Below, piece after piece: positions 52,610-62,153 of a stretch of 64,000 nucleotides of DNA (its first letter is position 1; each line of letters begins with the position of its first letter). The notes under the pieces were generated by a model. That model made no database searches and was not told where the DNA came from. It was given only the letters and a program-made list of their open reading frames with translations. The position numbers and the translations under genes were made by a program. The stretch is from NCBI GenBank assembly GCA_963836205.1, contig CAWIIV010000006.1, forward strand, positions 64,001 to 128,000, written 5' to 3'. The stretch is from an uncultured Acidimicrobiia bacterium (GTDB lineage Bacteria > Actinomycetota > Acidimicrobiia > Acidimicrobiales > AC-14).

Positions 52610-53370
52610 GGCGCTGGGCCTACCTCGACCACCCGGGGCCGCTGGCCTTCGCCCACCGGGGCGGCGCCGGCGAGGGCCCCGAGAACACGATGCTGTCGTT
52701 CGAGCGGGCGCTTCGCCTCGGGTACCGGTACCTGGAGACCGACGTGCGGACGACGTCCGACGGGGTGCTGCTCGCCTTCCACGACGACGTCCTCGACCGG
52801 GTCACCGACCGGTCGGGGAAGGTGTGCGAGCTGCCCTGGTCGGAGGTGGGCCACGCCCGCATCGACGGCCAGCCCATCCCCCGCCTGGAGGAGGTGCTGG
52901 CCGCCTGGCCCGACGCCCGGGTGAACATCGACGTCAAGGACGACGCCGGGGTCGGGCCCCTGGTCGACGTCATCGAGCGGGCCGGCGCCCACGACCGGGT
53001 GTGCATCGCCTCCTTCTCCGACGCCCGGCTGCGGCGCTTCCGGAGCCTGACCGGCGCCCGGGTGTGCACGGCCATGGGCCCGAGGATGATCGCCCGCCTT
53101 CGGGGCGCCAGCTACCGGGCACCGACGTGGCCGTTCGCCGCCGGCTGCGTCCAGGTGCCGCTCTACCACGGACGTCTCCGCATCGTCGACAGCCGATTCG
53201 TGGCCGCTGCCCACCGGCGCGGGCTCCACGTGCACGTGTGGACGATCGACGACCCCTCGGAGATGGACCGCCTCCTCGACCTGGGCGTCGACGGCATCAT
53301 GACCGACCGCCTGACGACCCTCCGGGACGTGCTCGAACGCCGGGGGCAGTGGGTGGGCGGCGGGGGGTGA
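52606..53370 (+). CDS. Glycerophosphodiester phosphodiesterase
   Basis: AHRGG...PENT, ETDV..T.DG...FHD, VHVWTID, GVDGIMTD. Confidence 0.93.
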   Translation: MRRWAYLDHPGPLAFAHRGGAGEGPENTMLSFERALRLGYRYLETDVRTTSDGVLLAFHDDVLDRVTDRSGKVCELPWSEVGHARIDGQPIPRLEEVLAAWPDARVNIDVKDDAGVGPLVDVIERAGAHDRVCIASFSDARLRRFRSLTGARVCTAMGPRMIARLRGASYRAPTWPFAAGCVQVPLYHGRLRIVDSRFVAAAHRRGLHVHVWTIDDPSEMDRLLDLGVDGIMTDRLTTLRDVLERRGQWVGGGG

Positions 53371-53415
53371 GCGGCGGGACGTGACCGTCGCAGCCTCTCG
53401 GTAGCCTCCCTGGAG

Positions 53416-56013
53416 ATGGACCTCACCGGCGAGCAACGGCGGATCGTCGACCACGCTGGCGGACGCCTGCGGGTCGTCGGCGGCGCCGGCACCGGAAAGA
53501 CGACGGCCCTGATCGCCCGCTACCTGCGTCTCGTCGGCGACCGCGGCGGGGCCCGGCCGTCGTCGGTGCTGGTCCTCTGCCGCACCCGGGCCGCCGCCGA
53601 CCGCATGCGAGACACAGTCCTCCCCCACCTGGCCGGGGGCTTCGACGCCCTGCCGATCACCACCTTCTTCGGCCTCGCCTACGACCTTGTCAGCCGCCAC
53701 TCCGGCCCCGTCACCCTGGTCACCGGGGCCGAGCAGCGCCACGCGGTAGCCCGGCTGCTGGCCGCCGAGGACCCGTCCGACTGGCCGACGTTGGGGCACC
53801 TCCTGCGGCGGGCCGCGTTCGCAGGCGAGGTGGCCGACGGACTCTTGCACCAGCATCAGCACTCCCACTCGGAGCTGGCCGCCTTTGCCCGGCGCTACCG
53901 GGAGGCGTTGGCGGCCGATGACCGGGTCGACGCGTCCGGCCTCCTGGCCCAGGCCGCCGACCTGCTCGCCGACCCGGCGGTGGCGGCGGCCACCCGGGCC
54001 CGCGCCGAGCACGTCCTGGTCGACGACTTCGAGGCGGCCACCGTCGCCATGGCCACGATCCTCGACCGGCTGGGCGCCACCGACGTGGTGGTGGCGGGCG
54101 ATCCCGAGGGCGCCGCCGGCGGGTTCCCCGGTGCCGACCGACGGCTCCTGGCCGACTTCCCGGCCGACACCGAGGTCGATCTCGGCGACCTCTCGTTCCG
54201 CCACCCCGGCGGCCCGCCCCTCCTCATCGCCACCCGCCACCCGTCGATCGAGCCCGAGGCGGTGGCGGGCGAGCTGCTGGCGGCCCATGCGGGCGGGGTG
54301 GCGTGGTCCGACATGGCCGTCCTCGTCCGCCGCCCCCGCCACCGGGCCCCCGCCATCGCCCGCGCCCTCGCCCGCCACAGCATCCCGGCCCGGGCGCCGA
54401 CCCTGGTGGCCGCGGCCGCGGTGGCCGACGACCCGGTCGTCGGGAGCGTCGTCGACATGCTCCGGTGGGTCGACGGTGACGAGTCGGCCCTCGACCGGCT
54501 GCTCGTGTCACCTCTGTCCGCCCTCGACGCGGTCGAGGCCCGCCGGGTCCGGCTGCGGGCCCGGGCCGGCGAGACGGCTCTCATCGACGACGCTTGCCTC
54601 GCGCCCCTCGTCTCCCTCCGCGACCTCCTGGCCGCCCGAGCCGCCATCGCCACCCCGGCCGACCTGGCCTTCCAGGTCTGGCAGCGGGCGCTGGGCCACC
54701 TGGTCGACGCCGACGATGCCGTCCTCGACGGGCTGGTCGCCTTCCTCGACGCCCTCCAGCGGGAGGCCGACCGCAACCCCCACCACCGGCTGGCCGAGAT
54801 GCTCGCCGTCCTCGACGACGAGGGTGTCGCCGCCGACCCCTGGCGGGTCGACTCGGCCGCCGCCACCGCCGCCGACGCGGTGACGGTCACATCAATCCTG
54901 GCGGCCGCGGGGCGGGAGTGGCACACGGTGGTGCTCGCCGGCTGCGTCGAGGGTGAGCTTCCGTCCCTCCGGAGCCGGGGCCGGCTGTTCGGGGGCGGCG
55001 ACGCCGACCTGGCCGAGGAGCGGCGGCTGTTCGCCCTCGCCTGTTCCCGGGCCACCACCCGCCTGGTCGCCACCGCCGGTCCCGAGCCGGGCGTCCTCCT
55101 GAGCCGGTTCGTCGAGGGGTGGGAGACGGCGCCGGTGCGCATTCCCGCTCCACCAGGGCAGGCGCCCGCCTTCCGCCGGCCCACGGAGAACCCCCGGCCG
55201 ATCGTCGTCGACACCGGACTGGCCCTGTCGGCCACCCAGCTCGACACCTACGACGACTGCCCTTTGCGCTACGCCTACCGCTACGTCCTGCGGGTGCGCG
55301 ACGCGGGCGGGGTGCGGGCCGACCTGGGCACGCTCGTGCACGAGGTGCTGGCCCGTTTCCTCGACCCGGAGACGGCGGGCGACCGGCCCCATACCCAGCA
55401 GACCCTCATGGCGATGGCGGAGGAGATGTGGCGCCACGACATCGCCCGCTACCGACCCCAGGTCGACGAGGCCCGCCGCGACTTCTTCGCCATGCTCGAG
55501 ACGTGGTGGCAGTTCGAGGGCCAGAGCGAGCTGGCGCCCGACGTGCTGGCCGTCGAGCGCGGCTTCGACATCGCGGTCGCCAGTAGTGACGGATGCAGCC
55601 ATCGGCTGCGGGGCTCGATCGACCGCATCGACCGGGTGGAGCGGGCCGACGGCAGCCCCGGCCTGCGCATCGTCGACTACAAGACGGGCAGGAAGGAGCC
55701 CCGTCCGGGGGAGATCGACGACAACATCCAGCTCGCCGTCTACCACCTGGCCGCCACCCGCGACCCCGCCCTGGCCGCCCACGGCCCCGTCACCCAGCTC
55801 CGCCTCCTCTTCCTCCGCACCATGCACGCCTACGACCAGGAGGTCACCGCCGGCCACGCCGAGTCCACCGAGGCCAGGGTGCTCGACGTGGCCGGGCGCA
55901 TCCGGGCCGAGGACTTCGAGCCGTCGGTCGACGCCACCTGCCGGTGGTGCTCGTTCCAGCGGCTGTGTCCGATCCAACCCGAGGGCCGCCAGGTGGAGTC
56001 GTCGTGGCCCTGA
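53416..56013 (+). CDS. adnA: AdnA-like UvrD helicase-nuclease subunit
   Basis: GGAGTGKTT, degenerate Walker B (VDDFE), AAAGREW, EERRLF, GSIDRID...IVDYKTG, four C-terminal Cys. Confidence 0.8.
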   Translation: MDLTGEQRRIVDHAGGRLRVVGGAGTGKTTALIARYLRLVGDRGGARPSSVLVLCRTRAAADRMRDTVLPHLAGGFDALPITTFFGLAYDLVSRHSGPVTLVTGAEQRHAVARLLAAEDPSDWPTLGHLLRRAAFAGEVADGLLHQHQHSHSELAAFARRYREALAADDRVDASGLLAQAADLLADPAVAAATRARAEHVLVDDFEAATVAMATILDRLGATDVVVAGDPEGAAGGFPGADRRLLADFPADTEVDLGDLSFRHPGGPPLLIATRHPSIEPEAVAGELLAAHAGGVAWSDMAVLVRRPRHRAPAIARALARHSIPARAPTLVAAAAVADDPVVGSVVDMLRWVDGDESALDRLLVSPLSALDAVEARRVRLRARAGETALIDDACLAPLVSLRDLLAARAAIATPADLAFQVWQRALGHLVDADDAVLDGLVAFLDALQREADRNPHHRLAEMLAVLDDEGVAADPWRVDSAAATAADAVTVTSILAAAGREWHTVVLAGCVEGELPSLRSRGRLFGGGDADLAEERRLFALACSRATTRLVATAGPEPGVLLSRFVEGWETAPVRIPAPPGQAPAFRRPTENPRPIVVDTGLALSATQLDTYDDCPLRYAYRYVLRVRDAGGVRADLGTLVHEVLARFLDPETAGDRPHTQQTLMAMAEEMWRHDIARYRPQVDEARRDFFAMLETWWQFEGQSELAPDVLAVERGFDIAVASSDGCSHRLRGSIDRIDRVERADGSPGLRIVDYKTGRKEPRPGEIDDNIQLAVYHLAATRDPALAAHGPVTQLRLLFLRTMHAYDQEVTAGHAESTEARVLDVAGRIRAEDFEPSVDATCRWCSFQRLCPIQPEGRQVESSWP

Positions 56014-59000
56014 TCCCGACGCCCGAGCAGCGGGACGCCATCGAGGCACCGCTGGAAGCCCAGCTCCTCGTGGCCGGGGCGGGCGCGGGCAAGACCACGG
56101 TGATGGCCCAGCGCATCCTCCATCTGGTCGGGTCGGGCCAGGTGCGGGCCGACCAGGTCCTCGGCCTCACGTTCACCAACAAGGCGGCCCAGCACCTCAA
56201 GGAGGCGGTGCGCAAGGCCCTCGGCCCCGACGCCGACGTCACCATCGCCACCTACCACTCCTTCGGCGCCTCCCTGGTGGCCGACCACGGCCTGGAGCTC
56301 GACCTCTCGCCCGGCACCCAGGTCCTCAACCGGGCCCAGTCGTGGCAGCTGCTCTTCGCCGTGTTCGACGAGTTCCGCTTCGACCGGCGCAGCACCCTGT
56401 CCCCCGAGTTCGTCCTCAACGACGCCCTCGCCCTCGCCTCGCGGTGCGCCGACCACCTGGTGCCGATCAGCAGGGTCGAGGCCGACAGCCGCCAGGTGAT
56501 GGAGACGGGCCGGTGGAAGACGATGCGCGACACGGCCGCGTCCCGGCTGGAGCTGTGCCAGGTGGTGGCCGCCTACGAGCGCCGCAAGCAGGAGCGCAAC
56601 CTCCTCGACTTCGGCGACCAGGTGGGGCTGGCCGTCCGCCTCCTCACCGACCACCCGGACGTGGCGGACGAGGTGCGCCGGCGGCACCCGGTGGTGCTGC
56701 TCGACGAGTACCAGGACACCAACTTCGCCCAGCGCCGCCTGCTCCAGCTCCTCTATCCGCCGGGGTCGGCGGTCACCGCGGTGGGTGACGACATGCAGTC
56801 GATCTACGCCTTCCGGGGCGCCCACCTGGTCAACATCCTGCACTTCAAGGACCACTTCCCCCCGGTGACGGTGCGCCAGCTGCAGACCACGTTCCGGTTC
56901 GGTGCCGGCCTGGGCACCCTGGCCAACCGCATCCAGGACCAGGTCGGCGAGAGTCTGAAGAAGGTCCTCACGCCCCGCCCCGACGCTCCCGACACCGTCA
57001 TCGAGTGCTTCCTGGCCGCCGACGACGCCGAGGAGGCGGCGGCCATCGCCGCCGATCTCGCCACCCGGGGCGGGCCGTGGGCGGAGGTGGCCGTGCTGTG
57101 CCGCAAGCGGCGGCTGATCCAGCCGATCGTCGCCGCCCTCGAGGAACGCCGGGTGCCGGTGGAGGCGGTGGGCACCAGCGGGCTGCTCGACCGGCCCGAG
57201 GTGGTCGACGTGGTCGCCTGGCTGGAGGTGTTGGCCGACCCGTCGACATCGGTGGCCCTCCTCCGCCTGCTGGCCGGCCCCCGGAACCGGATCGGGCTCC
57301 GCGATCTCGCCGCCCTGTCCCGCCACAGCCGCGACCTGGGCCGCTACGACGACACCGCCCAGGCCGAGCTCGAAGCGGCGGCCGCCTCGTCCTCGGTCGA
57401 CGACGAGGCACCGGCCCTGGCCTCGCTCCCGGTCGTGGAGGCGATCCTGGCCGACGCGTTGGCCGATCTCGACGGCGTGGCCGACCTGTCGGCCGAAGCC
57501 CGCTCCCGCCTGGCCGCCTTCGACCGGGAGCGACACCTCCTGGCCGACCAGGCCCGGCGCCTCCCCGTGCTCGGCCTGGTGGAGGCGATCCTGGCCCGTA
57601 CCGGCCTGTGGCAGGCGGCCGGGGTGCTCGGGCGCCAGAACCTGCTGCGCTTCCTCGACCTGGCCGAACGCTTCCGCCCGGTGGAGGGCGACCCCGGCCT
57701 GGCCGCCTTCGTCGAGTACCTCCACCTCCTCGACGACTCCGAGGAGGACGTGGCCGAGGCCCACCTGGGCGACACCGACGCGGTCCGGGTCATGACCATC
57801 CACCAGGCGAAGGGCCTCGAGTTCGACACGGTGTACGTGCCCGGGATGGCGGGCGCCCGGGGGTCGTCGCGGATCTTTCCCGACGGCCGCCCGGGCGAGA
57901 ACGCCCTGGGGAACTCGTCGGCCCTGCCCTGGTGGCTGCGGGAGGACGACGAGGGCTTCCCGCCGGTCGCCACCGCCCGCATGCAGGACATCGACGACGT
58001 GATCCGCCGGCGCAAGCTCGACGAGGAGTGGCGCCTGCTGTACGTGGCCTGCACCCGGGCCAAGCGGCGGCTGGTGTGCTCGGCCGCCCACTGGTACCCG
58101 GGGGCTGCCGAGCCCCAGGGCCCGTCCGATTTCTACGACTTCGTGGCCGGCCAGACCGACATCGTGCGGGAGTGGTTCCGCCACCAGCCGGCCACCGTCG
58201 ACCCCGAGGTGGCGGCCAAGGAACGGTTCCGGGCGGCGGCCGCCCGCCGGTACCCTGATCCGGTGGCGTCCGAGCTCGCAGGCCAGCTCCGCCTCGATTC
58301 GGTGCTGGCCGACCCTCCCGAGGCGGTTGCCCCCGCTCGCCGGCAGGCGCCCACCGCCCTGTCGGTCACCGGCCTGGTCACCTACGCCCGCTGCCCGAAG
58401 CAGTTCTACTGGAGCGTGGTGCGGCCCCTCCCCCGCCGTTCGACGCCCGCGGCCCGGCTCGGCACCGAAGTCCACCGCTGGATCGAGCAGCGGGCCGGCC
58501 GTCAGCTGCAACTCATCGAACCCGATGCCCCCCGGTCGACAGCCGGTACACCCGACGTCGTCGCCCGCCTGAAGGAGTCGTTCCTGGCCAGCCCGTGGGC
58601 CGACCTCGACCCGGTGCGGGTGGAGGCACCGTTCGTCCTCGCCCTGGGCGCCCACGTGGTGCGGGGCCGGGTCGACGCCGTCTACAAGCGCGACGACCGC
58701 CTGGAGCTGGTCGACTTCAAGACCGGGCGCCCCCACGCCGGCGGCGACGGGGCCGCCGAGGTCCAGCTCGACCTCTACGGCCTGGCCGCCCTCCAGACCT
58801 GGTCGGCCGAACCCGACCGCCTGCGCACCACCTACTGCTGGCTGCGCACCGACGGCCCCCCGGTCGTCGAGAGTTCCGACTGGGACGAGGCGGCGGTCGA
58901 ACGGGTGCGAACCCGGGTGGCCCGCACCCTCGACGCCCTGGCCGCCGGCCGGTGGGCCCCGGCGCCTGGACGGTGGTGCATCGGCTGCGACTTCCGGTCC

Positions 59001-59036
59001 GTATGTCCGGAAGGCTCCGCGGTCGTCGGGGAATAG
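56004..59036 (+). CDS. adnB: AdnB-like UvrD helicase-nuclease subunit
   Basis: AGAGAGKT, LDEYQDTN, VGDDMQSIYAFRGA, TIHQAKGLEF, LYVACTRA, GRVDAV...VDFKTG. Confidence 0.85.
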   Translation: MALIPTPEQRDAIEAPLEAQLLVAGAGAGKTTVMAQRILHLVGSGQVRADQVLGLTFTNKAAQHLKEAVRKALGPDADVTIATYHSFGASLVADHGLELDLSPGTQVLNRAQSWQLLFAVFDEFRFDRRSTLSPEFVLNDALALASRCADHLVPISRVEADSRQVMETGRWKTMRDTAASRLELCQVVAAYERRKQERNLLDFGDQVGLAVRLLTDHPDVADEVRRRHPVVLLDEYQDTNFAQRRLLQLLYPPGSAVTAVGDDMQSIYAFRGAHLVNILHFKDHFPPVTVRQLQTTFRFGAGLGTLANRIQDQVGESLKKVLTPRPDAPDTVIECFLAADDAEEAAAIAADLATRGGPWAEVAVLCRKRRLIQPIVAALEERRVPVEAVGTSGLLDRPEVVDVVAWLEVLADPSTSVALLRLLAGPRNRIGLRDLAALSRHSRDLGRYDDTAQAELEAAAASSSVDDEAPALASLPVVEAILADALADLDGVADLSAEARSRLAAFDRERHLLADQARRLPVLGLVEAILARTGLWQAAGVLGRQNLLRFLDLAERFRPVEGDPGLAAFVEYLHLLDDSEEDVAEAHLGDTDAVRVMTIHQAKGLEFDTVYVPGMAGARGSSRIFPDGRPGENALGNSSALPWWLREDDEGFPPVATARMQDIDDVIRRRKLDEEWRLLYVACTRAKRRLVCSAAHWYPGAAEPQGPSDFYDFVAGQTDIVREWFRHQPATVDPEVAAKERFRAAAARRYPDPVASELAGQLRLDSVLADPPEAVAPARRQAPTALSVTGLVTYARCPKQFYWSVVRPLPRRSTPAARLGTEVHRWIEQRAGRQLQLIEPDAPRSTAGTPDVVARLKESFLASPWADLDPVRVEAPFVLALGAHVVRGRVDAVYKRDDRLELVDFKTGRPHAGGDGAAEVQLDLYGLAALQTWSAEPDRLRTTYCWLRTDGPPVVESSDWDEAAVERVRTRVARTLDALAAGRWAPAPGRWCIGCDFRSVCPEGSAVVGE

Positions 59037-59105
59037 TTGAACGTGCAACAACCTTGGGATAGTCTAGAACGGTAGACGGACGATCAAGCTCTAGGGGGCA
59101 TCAAC

Positions 59106-59663
59106 ATGACGGTCAGCACTCCCACCACAGAACTCCTGCCCACCGGCACCTGGAACATCGATCCGACGCACTCCAGCGTCGAGTTCTCCGTGCGCCACCT
59201 GATGATCGCCAAGGTCAAGGGCAGGTTCCAGACGTTCTCCGGCTCGGTCACCATCCCCGAAGACCCTTTCCAGGCGTCGATGCAGGTCACCATCGACCCC
59301 AACTCGATCGACACCCGCGATGCCAACCGCGACAACCATCTGCGGTCGGCCGACTTCTTCGAGGTCGAGAAGTACCCAACGGCGGAGTACGTCTCGAGTT
59401 CGGTCCGAGCCGACGGCGACGGCTACGTGGTCGACGGCCAGCTCACCCTCCACGGCGTCACCCACCCGGTGGCACTCGACCTGGAGTTCAACGGCACCGG
59501 CGGCGACCCGTGGGGCAACACCCGGGCCGGGTTCACCGCCACCACCGAGATCAACCGGCGCGACTTCGGCATCGACATCACCATGCCGCTGGAGACCGGC
59601 GGCGTGGTCGTGGGCGACAAGATCAAGCTCACCATCGAGGTCGAGCTGGTCCTCGCCAAGTAA
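59106..59663 (+). CDS. yceI: YceI-family lipid-binding protein
   Basis: WNIDPTHSSVEFSVRHL, RDNHLRSADFF, DPWG. Confidence 0.95.
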   Translation: MTVSTPTTELLPTGTWNIDPTHSSVEFSVRHLMIAKVKGRFQTFSGSVTIPEDPFQASMQVTIDPNSIDTRDANRDNHLRSADFFEVEKYPTAEYVSSSVRADGDGYVVDGQLTLHGVTHPVALDLEFNGTGGDPWGNTRAGFTATTEINRRDFGIDITMPLETGGVVVGDKIKLTIEVELVLAK

Positions 59664-59717
59664 GAGAGGTTCACGCACCGCGAGTCGGAGGCCGACCGGG
59701 ACGTTCGCCGGCCGGCC

Positions 59718-60052
59718 TCAGTCGCTCGGGTCGTCACCGATCAGATCCCAATACTCCTCGTCGACCTCGAGATCGATCGTCTCGACGGCATCGTCGCTGA
59801 CCAGGACGGCGTAGATCACGAGGGCTGGGATGCGCGGCACCGCGTGGGTCATCACATAGCGGATGGCAGGCTCTTCGGCGATCGCGACCGGCAGATCATC
59901 GAACTGGCGTGAGAACTGAATCTCGGCGGCTCGGAGGATCAGCTTCCCGAAAAGCTCGAAGGAACGCTCGTCCGGTGGGTGGAACCGCCGGGCGGGAACA
60001 TCGAGCGGGCCTTGGCCAGGAACTCGGGGGAGTGCCGGACGCTGCGCCGCAC
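59718..60052 (-). CDS. Putative toxin coupled to a Panacea antitoxin (frameshift)
   Basis: GTG overlaps the antitoxin TAG. MRRSVRHSPEFLAKARSMFPPGGS, then SFELF...FDDLP...IRYVMT...VIYAVL. Confidence 0.5.
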
Positions 60053-60589
60053 TACAACGGGGAGCGCTCTGCTGCGATGTCTCTGACCCGTCGGCGGACG
60101 CGCTCGGTGACGACGGGTCGACGGAGAAAGGCGGTCTCGTACGGGATCGACTCGTTCTCTTCCACCATCTGCCAGCCGGGCTCGAGATGCGACGCCGCGC
60201 TCGCGTCTGCACCGCTCCGTGCCTTCTCGACCGTGATGGCCTGATCAAGCATGGCCAGCTCGGTGGCTGACAGCCGGTTGACGTCGGGCGCCCGGAGCGG
60301 AAGCAGGCGCTTGACGGTGCGGCCGAGATACAGCTCCTCGCTCATCCGCGCCGCACCCGACTCGATGAGGGCGGCGCGTACCCGGAAGCAGACGGCGCGG
60401 CGCGGGACCGTGAGCCAGCTTCTGATAGTCGGCACCCGTGATCGGCTGGCCGTACGCCCGCATGTGGCCGAAGTCGGCGTTGAAGAGGGCCTTGTTGATC
60501 TTAACGGCGCCACCGGCAGGGTCATCTTGCAGACCGGCTGCGACGTACAGCAGGGCCTCCGCGAACTTCCGCTCGTCATAACCGTCCAT
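60052..60589 (-). CDS. Panacea (DUF4065/SocA) antitoxin (frameshift near 60385)
   Basis: KINKALFNADF...YGQPITGADY.KL.HGPAP...SH..PGW...IPYE. Confidence 0.85.
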
Positions 60590-60662
60590 GCGGGCCTACC
60601 TCCTGCCCTTGGCCTGGGGCCTCTTGCTGGGCATCGCACACCCGTCCGGATAGCACGACGAT

Positions 60663-60678
60663 GCGAACGTGTGTTTGG
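60663..60678. promoter_or_regulatory. LexA (SOS) box upstream of the Panacea operon
   Basis: GCGAAC-GTGT-GTTTGG; shares the core GAACGTGTGTT with the box at 721-736. Confidence 0.6.
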
Positions 60679-60696
60679 TCTGGGTTCGCGTCAAGC

Positions 60697-61440
60697 TACA
60701 AGTACTGCCCCGGCGTCGGCCGGCGGTCGGCGGTCGACACTCGGCTGACGCCGCCCCGGCGTTCGAAAAGCTCGGCCAAGGTCATGCCCTCCGCCAACCG
60801 TCCCCCGGCCCAGGAAGGCGGCGCTCTCGGCCGCCGTCAGCGGGGTGAACTCGACCTCGGCCCCGGATGACCGTCGTCTTGCCCGTTCCAGGCCGTGCCA
60901 CAGGAGGAGACGACCCCCGCTGGCGGGCGGTGTCATCGCCATGAGCCCGTCGTGCCGGCGGCCGGCGGCGGACGGCGGCCGTGTAGTGGTCGGCGATCGA
61001 GTCCCACGTCGGCGCGTCGAGCTGGCGGCGCACGTTCTCCGGGTTGCAGCGGCCCTGGTACCAGAACTCGACCGGGATCATCTGGGGCCGGGGCTCACCA
61101 CCGGCGCCCGCGACCGTACGTCGGCCACCAGCTTCTCGAGCTGCTCGGGGTCGGTTGCCGCCACCCGCACCGTGGCCGAACCCGAGTTCCACCGCTGCAC
61201 GAGCACGGTCCAGTCGTCCCCGCCTGCCAGCACCCGGTGCCACTTCTCGGCCGTCACCTGCCACCGCACCGAGCCGACGGGCACCAGGTCGGCGGCCCGG
61301 GGCACGACGTCGAGGTCGAGGCACATCACGTACGGCTGCGTCCCGTCGACGAAGCGCGCCAGGGCCAACGCCGTCAAGGCGTCGTCGAAGTCGGTGCTCT
61401 CGTCGAACGTGAACCGCACCTGCGGTTCGGATCCGCCCAT
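60697..61440 (-). pseudogene. DUF5925-type AAA ATPase, internally deleted and frameshifted
   Basis: ALARFVDGTQPY, APTWDSIADHY, GRLLLWH..PGTGKTT, then a jump to EVEFTPL...TLAELF with no Walker B region. Confidence 0.6.
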
Positions 61441-61485
61441 CGGTCCAGGGTGACAGGCGGTGCTCGGCGGGATCGCCGATCTACC

Positions 61486-62082
61486 TCAGACGAACACGAC
61501 CAGGGCGTCGGGCTCGACCCGCACCGACAGCACCCGGGCCTTGCCCATCGCCTGCCCGTCGAGGCGGAGGGGCAACGCGCGGTCGAGCTCGACCTGCATG
61601 GCCTGGGTCCTGCGCTCCTTGATCCCGGGATGGGGCAGGTGGGAGCCGTGGGCCAGGCGGGAGCGCACGGGCGCCAGCTGCCCCGGTCGCAGGTGGACGT
61701 CGTACGTGTCGAGCAGGCCGTCGCCGGGGTGGGCCCGGGGGGCGACGTCCCACGGTCCCAGGTACTGGGCGTTCATGGCCACGAAGGCCCTCGTCCACAG
61801 GCGGGTGCGGGCCACGAGGGACGCCACGAACAGGTGCAGGCGACCGTCGGCCAGGACCAGGCCCAGGTCGACAGGGAAGCGCACGCCGGCCAGCTCCGGG
61901 CCTGTCCCCCCGCCCAGGGTGCGGCACAGGTCGCCCCCGAGCAGGCCCAGGCCCGGGTATGGCCGCCGCTCCCGGCGGGCGTCCTCCAGCGCCGCCCGAG
62001 CCTCTCGGTCGGTCCGCACCACCACCAGCCCGTCCGGGACAGGAGCCGGCTCCCCGTAGGGCGAGCCCTTGGAGATCGGCAC
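61486..62082 (-). CDS. Diacylglycerol-kinase-like (YegS C-terminal) protein
   Basis: GGDLCRTLGG, PRAHPGDGLLD, GSHLPHP, LDG...VEPDAL. Confidence 0.7.
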   Translation of the reverse strand: MPISKGSPYGEPAPVPDGLVVVRTDREARAALEDARRERRPYPGLGLLGGDLCRTLGGGTGPELAGVRFPVDLGLVLADGRLHLFVASLVARTRLWTRAFVAMNAQYLGPWDVAPRAHPGDGLLDTYDVHLRPGQLAPVRSRLAHGSHLPHPGIKERRTQAMQVELDRALPLRLDGQAMGKARVLSVRVEPDALVVFV

Positions 62083-62153
62083 CGGCTACGACCGCCAACC
62101 GGTGACGGATCTGGCGGTCCTGGCCACCGAAAACGTCACCGGTTCGGACATGG

